Below are positions 37,406 to 51,412 of a DNA stretch of 64,000 nt, piece by piece; within the stretch, counting starts at the first letter, position 1; each line of letters opens with the position of its first letter. The notes beneath the pieces were generated by a model. The model did not search any database. It worked only from the letters and a program-made list of their open reading frames with translations, and was not told where the DNA came from. The stretch is from Camelus ferus. Taxonomy: Eukaryota. A program made the position numbers and the translations under genes. The stretch lies in assembly GCF_009834535.1 (NCBI RefSeq), contig NC_045698.1, positions 4,218,001-4,282,000 on the forward strand, written 5' to 3'.

Positions 37406-39189
37406 GGGGGGGGGGCTCAGGTGTTCCTTCTTGAGATTTATTGGGGTTTTTTTATTTTTGTTATTATTATTCTTCAGTGAATGGCAAACTTGATGCTACA
37501 TTCGATGAGGAAACAATGCAGGGATTAGTTCATGTCAGAACCAAGGGCATAGCTGTGTGTCACATGGTGGTTAGGGTTTGACGGAATCAGTCCAGTTGGA
37601 GGAAAAAGTAGCTAGGCAGAACCTCCCAAGAGAGGCTCACGGGGGCCGATTCCACCTGGGCAGGCCATAGCTTCCTAGAACTTCAGGGCTGTCTGTGGAA
37701 GCACTGGGCCTCCCAGTGACCAGTTTAATTGCTCTCTGCAGCTAAACTGTCATTTCTTTAGCTGAGACAAGGTTTGGTCATCTGTCTGTCTGGTGGTTTT
37801 ATTAGTATCTATTTTTTCTCATAACTAAGAGACAAATAGGCAAGGAATTCATGACCGATGTAAACCTCCTTGTTAAAAAGAGTCATTCGTCACTGACTGT
37901 CTTAGAAATTATAGCTAAACCATGCACCTTCTGAAATAACTTGAAGCATAAAGATGCAACCACTTATCAATTAATTTAAACTCCAGTGAGGGTTTTGCAG
38001 ACACAGGGACTTTAGGATTTGGTCTAATGGATTGAATTTAGACTACTCCACAAATGAATTCCGAGATCAGGGTTATATATATTCACAAGCTGAGACTATG
38101 TGAAGTTTTCTTGGCAGAATGAAAGAATATATTAAAATCTGGACTCCTTATGTGTTTCCCAGAAGAAATCAGCAATCAGTTTCTTCTATCATAAAATTAA
38201 TCTAGAAAGTAAATGAACATAATATAAGAAATAATTCTGTAGGGACACACAGGTACTTTAATGCCAACACTACCCAACAAAGTTTTGGCCCTGTTATCCT
38301 GAAGCCCTTTGAAAAATATGTCAAATTTTATCAAATCGAATTTGAAAGAGACTGTATAAGATTCCCAGGAAGCACTGTGAGGATCGAAATGAAGGTTTAT
38401 AGCAATAGAAGTAAATTTGATTTCCAAAATGACTTTTGATAACATTGTGTTAATGACCTTTAGGGAAAATCTTCTCAGAAGAAGAACTAGGTCACAGGGT
38501 ATTCAATCAGTGAAGCAATGTCGAAGTAAGGAGTGGACAAATTAAAGATGGCATCATTTGTCTAAAATTGATAAGAGCCAGGACCACAGGAACAAAGTCC
38601 TCAAAATATAAAGCAGAAAAATCAAGACTGATTTAATTTGATTAATATCACCCAGCCTTGTGGTGACGTGATTACTACATGATCTTATCCCAAAGATCTA
38701 TAGATGACTCTGTGGCCAGAAAAAGAGCGGTAAATGATTCTACAGATGGAGGAGGACAAAGAGGAAAGGGGAGGGGAAAGAGTGAGATGCCTGAATTGAG
38801 TCTCCCCAAAATAGTAAAGAAAAAAAACAGTCTAGTAACATGGAAACAAGGTTTATGTCAGGATTAGAAACTGGTTGAAATAGCCCATCTCACCTGGATT
38901 CCTACATAACAACCCTCAGCCCAGAAGCTGCACAAAGCTTTGGACCCCTGGGCCAAGAACAGAGCTAGCGACTACATCTCCCCACCTGCAGCGGCCTTGG
39001 GCTGCCGGATAACCACACGGCAGACCCAGAGACAGAGACGGGCTTCACCCAGAGGCGACCAGAGACCACCCAGCCCAGAGACGCACAGCTGCAGCTCCTC
39101 AGTCCCTGGAGAGTCTGGCCCTGGCACTCCAGCTCTGCCCAAGTCGAAGGCAACACCTCAGAGTAGGTGAAGGTGGCTCCAGCAGCCAC

Positions 39190-40440
39190 CATCCTAATTT
39201 TTGGTACCCTCTCCTTCCTTCAGTTGTCCCTCTGTGTCCTAGGCCACCTCACATGTCAACCCTTCATCCTCAGCAACTGGTTCCAATAGTCAGCCCTCTC
39301 TGTGACAGCCCCACTGACGTGCAGACGGACATCTCAAACATCATATGCCCCTCCTCTTCATTACAGGTTACTGCAAGCCATTGAATATAGTTCCTCGTGC
39401 CTATACAGTGAACTCATTGTTGAATTATTCTTGATTTCTGTGTTTTTCTCACATACTGCATCCAACCGGTTGGCAAATCCTATTGACTCTACCTGCAAAA
39501 ACACACCCAAAGTCATTCTCTTCTCATGGTCAGTACCATGAGAAGTACTACCAAGAGTCCAGACCTACATCTCTCACCCGGATTATCAAAACAGCACCAT
39601 ATCCAATTTTTTCCATTTCCACTGCCATCCCTCCAACCCGCTCACCCCTTAGTAGTCAGAGCAGTCTTTCATCAACACAAATCAAAGTATCTCACTTTTC
39701 CTCCTTAGGCCCTCATTCACAGATACCCTGGGCTCAATGGAGCTGGTAGCTAAAGTCAATAATGAGATGCAGACTCTGTAGGCAACATATACATGCCAGT
39801 GGTATCCCCCAAAGATCCCCAACAGCACCCTTCAGCTGCAGACCCGCCCCCACAGAGCTCCAGACCCTCACGTCTAAGTGCTTCCTCTTTGCCTTCACTG
39901 GGCTGTCTCAGCATCACATCAGATGCTGATCTCGTCATCTTCACCCACACCCTTCCCACCACAGACGTGGTCCCCAAATGGCCTGCGCCCCAGTGCGTGG
40001 CACCAGCTGCACGAGTCACAGCCTCAGCCTGACCCTTGGCATGCATCTGCCTCCCCTCTCCCAGTGTCAGCTGGGCAACGACTCCTGCCTGGCTCACCTC
40101 CTAAATATCTCTTGAATCAACCCCCTCCTCACGATTGCTGCTGGTCGGTGAGGGCTTTACCTTCCCCCTAACTGGTCTTCCTGCGTCCACTGTGGCCTCC
40201 CAGGCTGATCCTTTTCCAAAAAGTGGCTCTTCTCTTCCCAGGGAATCCCAGTTCCGTCTACGTGCTCTCAGTGCCATGTCTTCTGTCTCTTCAAGGAGTG
40301 CATCTGATACACTCTTCGGTGTGATTATTTGCTTAATGACTCAACAACATATGGGCTTCAAGACGGCAGGAACCAAACCCTGCTGTACCCGAGAGCCTAG
40401 AGCACTATCTGTCTCCGTGACCAGTTTTTGAGTGAATGTC
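39190..40440 (+). mobile_element. L2 fragments
   Basis: catctcaaacat, ccaaccggttggcaaatcctattgactctacctgcaaaa, and a 3' tail cctagagcact...tttttgagtgaatg. Confidence 0.6.
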
Positions 40441-41719
40441 ACCTCACTGGCAGCAGATTTTCACAGAGAATCAGAAGTCTGAACCCCAGCACTCTTGTGA
40501 ACCCTGAGGACCAGAGCAGTGCGGTGGAGCAGATACACCGGTGCAAGTAAGCCTTCTTTAGTGAGAAGGAGATTTGGATTCTGACATCAGTGCCATGCAG
40601 ACTTATGAAGATGACCATAATCAATTAAAATAATAGTAAACATAATAGAAAAAACAAAAATAACAGTGAAAACAGTAAGAGTAAAAACAACACTACGAAG
40701 ACGTCTGAGGGAAGTCTCGGCCACCAGGCGGGGTCGCCGCAGCTCTGTGCCCTAACCTGTTTGCCATCTTGGTTGGACAAGAGTGGGAACAGCCCACGGC
40801 ACGCACTGAGAAGACACGTGCTCAACACACAGCCTCAGACAAGCGTCTCTGCTCGTGAATTCAAAGAGGTTTACGGTTCAGAAAGAGGAGACCACGCTCC
40901 AAAGCTGGATTAGCACTCGTCCAGAGACTGACCATGGCTCCTCCTTCACACATTCTCCCCTGCCCTTCCGTGCTCCTGTGTCCTGTATAATCCCGGATGC
41001 CACCTACATTGCCGCTGGAGTCCTGGCCACTTCCCCTTATAAATAACAGCCCCTGGACAGAACACACATTATCAGTGCACGTGCCTGACTTCCGTGAGGC
41101 CAGGACAGGCAATCTACTTCCAAGCAACACCTCATGAGCTGCGTGCATGGGGAACGACTCGCTCTGTAGCCTGGGTGGCCCTCACGCAAACATCGTCACC
41201 CAGACAGGAGGCCTAACAGTGCTCTGTCCCCAGCAAAGTCAGAAACAGCCCTCGTTCCACCTGAAAGCTCCCCCTCCTTCCAAGAGGGTTGTCTGTTACT
41301 CTGTCATAGAAAAGAGGAAAGGGCTTCGAAATGCACCTGCGTGCCTGATTTTAACCTTAGCCCTGCTGCAGGGTCTTGTTATTCCAGACTGCACCTGCTC
41401 TTCTCGTCATGCCATTCGAGCGGTTTCGTCTTGTCTCCCTTTATTCCCCCAACAAAGTGGTGTTGGTTTCGTGTGCAGATGCTCAAGGGGTTTCATAGGA
41501 AACAGTCACACACATGCACACTCGCGTCGCACGCACTCTCTCTGTAGCTATGGAATATCATACGAGTCTAACCCTGCGCTGCTATTGTAAACTAACCAAG
41601 ACATTGCTCTACTTAGGGAAAGGGCAAAAGCAGCAAAGAGTGAAGGGGGCAGGGCAGGGAACATCTTTGCCAGCAGATTCCAAGTTGCTCCCCGACAGAC
41701 TCCTGATCAACCACACTTA

Positions 41720-41885
41720 ATCCCCAGAGTGCCTCCGAACTGCTTGGAGAGCTTGTTAAAAATTTAGATTCCTGGCTCCCACCCCAGGAAGTCTGATTTA
41801 GCAGGTCTTGCGCATGGCTGTAAATCTGATTTCAGCCAGCAACTTGATGGATTCAGAAGCAGTTTGTCTGAGGAGCACATTGGGC
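41720..41885. mobile_element. MER5A-like hAT-Charlie DNA transposon
   Basis: ggagagcttgttaaaaatttagattcctggctcccaccccaggaagtctgatttagcaggtct. Confidence 0.75.
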
Positions 41886-42384
41886 TGCAACCCTAAACAC
41901 ACCATTCTGCTACCTGATGCCCTTCAGTCACTCTCCGCGCAGGTGCTCTGGCTCTGCCCCAGGTGCGTCTCAGGTCCCCTCACAGGGGCCATCTCATCTC
42001 CTGTCCCTTCAGCTCACAGCCTGCACTCCCTCTCGGAGTCCCGCCCAGCCCCCTGGGATATAATCTGAGAGTTTTTATTGGAGTTCTAGGAAGCCAGGGA
42101 TTTCTGAGCAGTGTATGAATCATAGGAAGAACCCTGATTATTTTTAACCCAGAAACTAGCAGTATCTGATGATGAATAACTGTGATAGCTCATGAACTGC
42201 CTTTCATGCTATCTCAGTGTTACCCCAGAGCAGCCTTGCCAGAGAGGGAAGTGGCTGGAGAGAAGCAGCCCCTGCCCCGTCCTGTCTGCTGGGCCCTGAG
42301 CCTGCACGTGCTGCCCCCGGTGGCTCAAGTCCTGGCCCTGGAGGCACCCTTGTTCCCCGTGTCTGTGCCTAAGAACTGTCGTTA

Positions 42385-43622
42385 AGGAAAAGCCCTCTTC
42401 ATCCTAATAGAATCAATAAAGCTTAAAGTCTGACAGCACCAGGCATTGGTGAGGAGGTATGGAAGTGAGGGCTCACACCCCTGGAGGAATCGTGAGGTCA
42501 GGTACAACCTGGAGAGCACTTGGCCGTGCCTGGGGATGCTGAAGTCGTGCACATGCTGGAGCCCCAGGGACACTTGCAGATGGGTCCAAGAAATTCAGGA
42601 AAATGTTTATTGCAGAATTATTTGCAACTGTGAAAAATAAGGAACAATTTAAATTTTCATCAATAGAATACTATAAAAATTCAATAAATGAACCAAAGTT
42701 AATATATCAAAAAATGAGTCTTAAAATCTTAATCTAAAGGTAAAAAAAAATCTGCAACAAAGAAACTGTGCAGACAGGAGTTAACAGGACAGGCCTGAGA
42801 CGGCTGTCCTTAGAAAGGCTCACTTGCAAGGTGGGCCCTTGGCTGGCCTCTGAGAACTTCGGTTTCAGGAGGGCTCTCACCACCCTTTTAAGGATAAAAG
42901 AGGGTCAGTGGGAGTAAACTGCTTGGACGGACAACGTGGTCGATGCAGGAGTCTGCTCTCCTTCCAGGAGCTGGGAGTTTTGGTACATGCCGGGCAGGGG
43001 GTGCCCACATGACCGGTCCCCAACAAAAGCCCGGGTCCTGAGCCTCTGATGAGCCTCCCTGAGACAGGACTTCACACGTGTTGGAGCACCTCATTCCCGG
43101 AGGAAGCAAAGAGTGCTCTGCGTGACGCTGCTAGGGGAGGGATCTTGGAAGCTGGAGCCTGGTTTCCTCTTGGCTTAATCCCACGAGCCTTTCCCTTTGC
43201 TGATTCTGCTGCACGCCCTTCACCATAATAAGTCGCAGCTGTGAGTGCGACTCTATGCTGAGTCCTCTGTCCTCCTGGGGAATCACCGAAACTGGAAGTG
43301 GTCTCGACGACCCCCAAAGTAGATAAAAACAATATGATGCCATTTATGTTAAGTTTGAGAACATGCAAAACAAGATTATTTATTGTTGATGGAGACACGT
43401 ATGACGTCAAAATGTAAAAACATGCCCAGCCGTGATGAGTGAGCAGATGGGGTCAGGAACACTCACGACACTCCACTGTATACTTTCTGCCTTTTAAGGA
43501 ATGAAGCCAATACGGTGAGGTGTTAAGATGTGGTACAGCTGCATCACAGTCCACAGTGGTCTCTTACATTGTTCTCTATATTTTCCCGTCTGTTTTAAAT
43601 ATTTTCATAATGGAAAATATTG
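42385..43622 (+). mobile_element. Old L1 (L1ME/MD-like) 3' fragment split by MER68
   Basis: ttaaagtctgacagcaccaggcattggtgagg...aaatgtttattgcagaattatttgcaac, resuming after 43321 with atatgatgccatttatgttaagtttgagaacatgcaaaacaa. Confidence 0.7.
42767..43321 (+). mobile_element. MER68 ERVL solo LTR
   Basis: Start tgtgcagacaggagttaacaggacaggcctgagacggctgtccttagaaagg...gcaaggtgggcccttggctggc matches the MER68 5' end. 3' part ctatgctgagtcct...gaatcaccgaaactgg. Confidence 0.85.
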
Positions 43623-44524
43623 AAGAGGAATGAACTGAGGTATAAAGAAGGTATTTGTGGAAGCAGTTTAGACAGGTGCATCTCAACTGCAGCTCACTTT
43701 CCTCTGCTTGTGGATCATGGAGCTTTTCTGCAGGATGGCGAACAGCCCAGAGGGAGGAAGCCCAGAGACTGGAATTCCAGGAAGTGTCCAGTGCTTTCCT
43801 GAGTAGGGGTTTTTCTGGGGGAGAAGCACCCTTCCTACTTGGAGAAGGTTGGAGATGAGTAGCAGGAACAATGGAAAAGACTCAGGTCAGCAAGACAAGG
43901 AGATCCAGGGAAGGGGAAGATGATATATCCTTATTTTATTACCCGTGAGAGAGTGGTTCTCTTTTCCCTTGAAAGGATTCCCAAGGAGAAATGATATGGG
44001 ATGGAAACTGGGTTTGGGGCAACTGTAACAGAGACAATGATGGTGATGTATTATCATTTTTCAACACTTTGCTCATCTCAAAGACCACATCTAAGCGTCT
44101 ACAAGGGGATGTGCATGGGGAAACGTGGAGGAACTAAATTATCATCTTTGTCTTCTAAGAGCTCGAGTCCAGTGAAGGAGCTGTAAGTGCACAGATTCAA
44201 GGGCACCTGAGTTTGCACACGGGAAGGGCAGTGATGACGAGATGCTGGTCCTGTTCTTACGTTTCCCACTCTGTCCCTCGGTGCTGGACCGCCTGTCCTT
44301 GACAAGCATATGCGGAATTGAACTGAAACACTTAATTGTGCTAATAATAACCATGTGCCACCATACCAAGTCCATCTCTTTATTGGTCAAATATTAGTTC
44401 CAAAAGCCGTGTGTGTTTCCCACTGCTCATACAGGAACCCTGGACACGACCCCAAGGAGAAGTATCCCAGCCCGCAGCCCAATTACGCCATGAATTGCTT
44501 GAAATCAAAGACTGGGTCTTGGTG

Positions 44525-44960
44525 TAGGTCGTCACGGCCACTCTGAGAATGCACTGCTCTGCTCTCCTGCTGCGGGGGATGATTCTGATGGACAGTCCAG
44601 CTGCTGGCCTTCTGGACCCCCTGCTGCATTCACACCAAGGCCTTACTTCCCCCAGATGCTCCCAGCCAGTGCCTGGGCATGGTGGGCTTTGAAGCCTGCC
44701 CGTTCCTGCTGAGCCGGAAGGAGGGCACCTCATCGCCCAGCCAAATCCTTCTTAGACTTGCATTATGGTATGAAATTTCCTACTCAACCCTACCTCCCCT
44801 TCTCTCATTCACAAGTGTCAGACCTGCCGTGCAGTCTGGAAGCTCTCCCTGTCTCCTCATGCTCCCTTCTTTTCTCCTTCAGGAATTTCCCCGATAATCT
44901 GTCACATGTCTAGTCTAGCCCTACCATGGTGACTGCTTCTCAGGGGACCCAAAGTAGCAC
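44525..44960 (+). mobile_element. LTR16-family ERVL solo LTR
   Basis: Begins gtcacggccactctgagaatgcactgctctgctctcctgctgcgggg and ends ctgcttctcaggggacccaaagtagcaca. Confidence 0.7.
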
Positions 44961-45774
44961 AGTTTTATCTCCAACACTGGCAAAGGACAAAAATACAATA
45001 AGAGCTAAATAGTTATTTTTAATGAATATAAATAATGTATTGAGAAAAAATAATATTGTCAAAATTAAGAAGTTCTCTACAAGGAAAGTGTAAAATACAT
45101 GTTGGTATCATAATTGAAAAATCACTTTAAACCAAAAAAATTTCTCATTGTTTGTAAATTACTTTAATTTTTTGTCAAAATTTTAAAATTCATGAATGAT
45201 TAGCAATCAATAAGGAATCACACTCGATGAAACTACCAAATTATAGGAATAACTTATCACCTGATTTTTGCTTCGTTAATGAGGTCATTCTGGAGGCACT
45301 GGGGGCCTCCTTCAGCAGTAGGTGAAGACTCCTTTATGTCCACCTCTGCTCATGGTGGCATTATTTAGGACCTAAATTTCTTCATGCTGGCAAATTTCAG
45401 CACCTATGGGCTCCTAGTTTTCACTCTGATCGTCTTATTCTAACCTCCAAGCAACTGGAGAAAACAAGTACAGAAGATCAGTCCGGAGCTGACAGTGCCA
45501 CACTGTCGCCTGCGGTCAGGAATGCCACCTGGCTCTCCCGGAAGTGTGCAGTGAAGCACCAGTGGTAAAGGGTAGCTGCTAATACTCCAGCAGACCTATT
45601 GATGTGATTCTGATTTTGTGTTAGCCCAGTTTACCAGCTGGACATGGTGCTAAGAAACAGCAATGCCAGCTATGTTTGTTCCGTAAGCTTCAGTGCCACT
45701 GCCCAGCACTCTTTAGAATCTAAGATTGTCTCCTTGTCTACCTTCAGTAAGAAATGACATTTCCCTCCAAAAAT

Positions 45775-45905
45775 ACCTATTGAGCATTTGTTATGTGCTG
45801 TGCCTGTCACTAATTTTCAGATGAGAAAATGAAGACTTGGAGATGTTAAGTAATTTGCCCAAGGTCACACAGCAAAAAGAGCCAAGACAGGGTGTGAAAC
45901 TGAGA
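45775..45905 (-). mobile_element. MIR SINE
   Basis: ttttcagatgagaaaatgaagacttggagatgttaagtaatttgcccaaggtcacacagc is close to the MIR core consensus. Confidence 0.85.
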
Positions 45906-48900
45906 AAACTGCAGAGTAACCTTAACAACTCTTCTGTATTTCAACTTTATTTTTAAAAAGTCAATAACCTAAAGTGACTTTTTAAACTTTAGTTTCATAA
46001 ATTCAAGAAGGAAAAAGTGATTTTTTGGTATAATTCCAATTGGAATAACATCATCATGGAGGAAAAAAAATGCTGCCAACACAACACATGCCCTTTCAAG
46101 CAAGTTGATACCTTCACAATAATGTTCTCTTCCTTTAACAAACAGATTTTCTTCTCTAAGCAGGCAGCCTGCTGCTCAGCATTTATTAAAAACATGTTTA
46201 GTGTTCTGCTCAAATCCATTTTCCAACTCCAAATGTGAAATTATTTTTATTGCTCTGCATGATTGCCAGACTGATGACCAAGTTTGGGGTGAAGGGGGAT
46301 TGGTCAAGGTTTACGTTCTGGGCCGCAACAAATGACATTTGGAAAGCTTAGAAAAGCTAATAATCGATACAATTTAATGTAGGACACGTGAGATGTAAGA
46401 GATACAGCCATCAGTCAACTCCCTAGATCACAAATGTTAATTAGGGGGTGGTAATTTTTTAAGCATTTAACGTATTTTTAAGAATTAAGTTATTTGGCAA
46501 TACAGCTAGCAGTCACGGCCTGTTTGTTCCTGACGCCAAGGGCTCTGGAGCCCTTCCTTCCACGGGCTGTCACCTGCCCCAGCTGGAGCAGGTCATAGAC
46601 AGTGGGGGAGAGAGGCATGCATCCCTCTGGAGGCTCCCGCTTCAGTTAGCCACGGATTTTACCTTTCTTTCTTAATGCAAGTCATCTTTTGAGAATGACG
46701 CACAGCAGGCTCCACCTGTACAGCGTCAGCTCAAACCCCTCCTTGTCGCAACCCTGCATTTCAGTCCAAAGACGGTCTGGACCCACTGAGTCTGGACCCA
46801 CAGAGTAGAGCCCCAGCAAGTCTCCTCAATTCTCAGAAAGCCAGTTTCCTCTTCTGTAAAATGGAACAACTGAGTCCTGGGGTTTCCAAACAGATGACAG
46901 GGGTGACGTGCCTAACAGGAAGTGCAGGAAAGAGTTCCGGCTTAGAAGTCTTTGGTTCTGACAGTTAACGAGCTGATGGACATGGGGGACTGGGGAGGTG
47001 TGAGTGGCACATCATGATGGAGTGTTTTTGTTTTCTATTTCTGAGTTCGTTGGCACTTCACGTTTTCTGTTTGAATGGGAGAAAGAGTGTCCACTGGTAA
47101 TTATTTTGCTCTCAATGCTTTTGAGAAGGAGTATGTTGGAGTGTAAATTTATGTCATTCTCAAAACTACATCTAAAAGTGAAGGTGAGAATTTGATGGGA
47201 GAAGGAAGGACTCAGCTGAGCTGGTGCCGGGAATGGTCCCTGGGCAGCCCTGGGGGTATTTCTGATGATCCCAGACCCAGAGGTGCCTACCTTTGTTGAG
47301 GACCGTGCTCAGTGTTCAGTTCTCACTATGGACACAGCAATCACTAAATCCTGTGCTGAAGAACCATGAGTTTAAAAACACTCTTACCGACGAAGAGGTT
47401 GGCATAGTTTTCAACTTTCCAGCTGGGGGAACCTGGAACTGAAACACGCCACAATGCAACGAAAAACAAAACCCTTGGCAGAGTGGAACAGCTGAGTCCG
47501 CTCTTGGACCCCAGTGCCTGATGCCAGGGGAAACCCAGGACCCTACACGGGCTCACTTCCTACTTTCCCCCCATCTTTTCCTTCATGCACAGCACAAAAT
47601 GCCCTCTTCATCACCAGAAAGGAATCTGTTGCACATGAAATGCAATATAATCGTGAGGTTGTAGACAATTGCTTAACACCACAAGCCCTCACTTCCTCCA
47701 CTGGTTCAAATAATCCCCAATAGAATGATTTCAAAAGGTGCCTGCTACTCTAACCGCTCACAATTAATTCTATGGTTCTGTATAAACAGCCATGGTCATG
47801 TATGTTTTTTTTTAATATCTGAAAAAAAAATCTATCTGATATGAACAAGGATTAATTCAATTTCATTGCAATGCATGGAGGAATTCTAACAAGTAGTTTA
47901 GAAAAATGTACCTCTGCATGGAAGCTATGAGAAACAGTTATCAATCTGAGGTTTATTTTAGAGAGTATGTTTAATGGAAATAGAAGGTTAAGCTAGAACA
48001 ATAAAATTCAGAGGATGGAAGTAATAACACTTCTGACTGGCATGTCCATGGGCTTCACAGCACCCCAGGAGGCAGGGGCAGCTCCTCTTTCTTCCCTGTG
48101 TTTAAAGGTTGTAAGTGTCACTCATTCAGATGAGGCAGAGGGGGGCTGACAGCAGAAGATGTCTGAGAGCTCGCAAAGACAGTGATTGTCTCCAAGTGTG
48201 TTTATGTGCAGTGTCAGCCCTGTGTTTAAACAACCAGGGAGTCATTTCAACCTCCCTTGGGATCTTTCTGATAAGGACTTCTGGCTTTGCCTCAGGATCT
48301 TTGAATGTGACTGTTTCACCTATACACGGGGTGTGAGTACAGCTGATGGAAACCAGCCCACATGAAAACATAAAGCAGGGGAAGCAGGTCCCTCCCCACC
48401 TCAACAAGGAACAGGTTGTATCTTTTTAGGAAAATTTTTGAAGATGTAGTGAATGGCAAGTTATCTAGCAAGGTGTTTATGAGTTCTGCTTCAAGGAGCA
48501 GAGATTGGGGGTAAGCATTTTAGGGAGAAGATGTGGATTGAGTGCAGTAAAAAAGAAAGCAAGTTCAGGGAAGCTGGTCATTGGGGAGGGGCGGTAGGCT
48601 GGGGGTCGGGGATGAGACACAAAGGGTGGTTTGGAATCACATCGGAGAGGGTGGGTCTTGTCTGCAAGAACTGGAAACAAAGCAGGCACCGGAGAAGTGC
48701 TGAAGGATTTTGCTCAATAACCTAACTTGATTGCTTGAGGTTGTCAGAATGAAAAATTAATTGGGGTGAGTCTAGTCTGGGAGAGAGAAACTAAACAAGC
48801 CATACTTAAATAAGAAGTAATTGGGATGGTGCCCAAAACATGGTGTAAGGTCAAGAAATATTTGGTCAACTCGGCTATGAAGCAGCCATAAAGAAGGAGA

Positions 48901-49668
48901 CAGACTCCAGAGACTGAGACAGAAAAAGCTGTAGGACCCATTGGTGTATTGTACTTAGGGGTCCCCAAAATTACACAGTCCCAGCTAGTCTGACCGGGGG
49001 CATGGCCAGCCTATGCAGGCACCACGTCCATCTTGAAGGACCCTGTACTGGTAGTGATGTGATGGGTCTTATGTTCCTCAGGTAACCATGGAAAAATTCT
49101 TCTAGAATCATTTTCTCTTGCACAGCTGAAGCCCCAGTCATCTGTTACTGGTTCATTTAAGGGCAATATTTCACCATGATTCCCATCTACCCAAAATACT
49201 ATCTAAAAATGTCCACCTCACACAAACACAGGAAAAACTTTTTTCCCAAAATATGACGTGGAAATATTCTCCTGGAAGCCACTGGAATGTGATTATAATT
49301 TACTGAACAGAAGCATAAACTATGCTACAGGGTTCTCTCCTGAGGAACCAAGTGCGCAGGGAAACGGTCGTGCTGGGCGCTCCCTTGCATCACGAGAGAG
49401 CGTGCCCAGCACCTGTGGCCAAAGCCTGCCAGACCTTAGTAATGATGGAAATAAAAATCACCCTTCTCCTTTCCGAACACCTTCCAGGAGGGTGGTGAGT
49501 GCCCTAGATAGGAGCCTGGAGCACACAAAAGCAAGGTGGTGCAAAGACCCAGAAGGTAGCTGGGCTTGCCCACAGCTTTCCAAGGAAAAGGCTGAGTCCA
49601 GGGGACGTATATGTCATTGTTACTGGAAAACTGAGCAATGAATGACTCCCGCCAGGACTCGCTAAGGC

Positions 49669-50233
49669 TATGACAGACAGAATCCTAAAGTGACCCCCTG
49701 GTGACCCACAGCACCCTGGTAGAATCCCCTCCTATGTTAGGGGGGACCTGGGAATGGGAGCAGGGCACACCCCTCATGTGCTGAGGTTTGTTGTAGGGCA
49801 CAGGTGCCCTGATCTAGTGAACCGGTAGAACAAGCGTGGCTCTTCCTGGAGAAGGACATTCGAAGTGGAAAGGGGTTTGATGCAGTGGAAACTCTCCATC
49901 CCTGGCTATGAAAATGGAGACAGAGGGTCAGGCGGCAAGGAGCGTGCACTGCTTCTAGGAGCCGAGAGCAGCCCCCTGCTGACAACCTGCAGAAGAATGG
50001 AGACCTCAGTCCTACAACCGCAAAGACTGAACTCAGCCATCAACCTGAGTGAGCCTGGAAGCAGACCCTTGCCCAGAGCCTCCAGATCAGAAGGCAGCCA
50101 AGTCAACACCTGATTCCACTCAGTCTTGTGCTGAGTGTGGACTTCTGACCTTTGTATGTGACATAACAAATGGGTTTTGTTCTAAACTGCTAAGCGTGTG
50201 GTACTTCGTCATGCAGCAAGAGAAAATGAAACC
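49669..50233 (+). mobile_element. MLT1E/F-like MaLR LTR
   Basis: gacagacagaatcctaaagtgacccc...ctaggagccgagagcagccccctgctgacaacctgcagaagaatggagacctcagtcctacaaccgcaaag...ctgctaagcgtgtggtacttcgtcatgcagcaagagaaaa. Confidence 0.8.
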
Positions 50234-51412
50234 GAAGGTCTCAGTGAAATCTTCCTCAAGGCAACTCATTTTCTTTTGCTATCAATTTTATTATTACATT
50301 TATATTATCTGTCTTCTCCAATATGTCAGTCTGGGTCCCGACAAGAAGCAGCATGTCAATAAGTCAACTGAGGAAAATTAATACAGGGGATGTTTACAGA
50401 GAGGTGGGCAGAAGTAAGAAAAATCAACATGGGAAGACGCAGCACCAGGGGTGCTGGCAGCACCGGGGAGACCCACAGGCTCAGGCGAGGGGCACTTCCA
50501 GAACCCAGAGAGCGGCTGTATTGAAAGTACAGAAAGTCACCAAGTTGCTGAGATCCCATAAGTAGGAACTGAAGATCGTCTTCCAGCATCACGGGCCAAA
50601 CCCAACAGGAAGGCAGAAGAGAACTGGTCCTTGCAGGTCAGTCTTCTAGGGCATGCGGTAGGTGGGGCAGGGTGGAGGTAGGAGACGGAAAAGCAAATAA
50701 AAGTCGTCAGCACAGCAGAGATGCTGATACCAAAAGGGGTCCTGGACTGGAGCAGTCAGAGTTTGCACAAGTTCTAAAAAGTTCTAAAAAGAAAGGTGAC
50801 CCATTGTAAATGGAGGAGATGTTAGTGCCTGTGGCAAATGTAATTCCTTTGGAGCTTGGACAACCCTGGGCCATGGCAGATGCCAACGCCAAGGGAGTGC
50901 AGAGGTGCAGGGTCACAGCAGAGGTAATTCCCCTCCTGCGCCTACGGAGGAGGCTGCACAGACGGCTGAGAGGAGAGAAGCTACTCTCAGTGAGAGAGTC
51001 ACAGGGAAGAAGAGACATCTGAACTGCGCCTTGAGTTTGCAAGACAAGGAGGAAGGAGAGATATTCCAGAGAAGGCGACAGTGTGTGCAAAGGCACAAGG
51101 TAGGTCTTTTCAGGCAAAGTGAAGTGTGACCAGGGCAGAGAATATGTGTGTGATTGTGTGTGCACCTTGAGAGAAAGGGCACTGACATTAGATTAGGGTG
51201 AGGCCAGGTGATGCAAAGAGCTTAAATGCTAAAAAAAAAAAAAAAAAAGCAATCAAATAATAAAATGCCTGCAGTATGGAGATGCCTCAAATTTGAATAG
51301 AAACCCTCTCACTTAACAACTTTTCAGAGTTGAAATCCAAATATTAAATTCCCTTTTCCTCATAACTTAAAATCCAAAGAAATGAGAATGAAAAATTTTC
51401 CTCCCTAACTCC

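Noticed and set aside
46775..46804. 15-bp tandem duplication (gtctggacccac.ga x2), plus similar short duplications near 50768 and 54724
   Set aside because: These are ordinary slippage duplications with two copies and no spacers, not CRISPR-like or a satellite.
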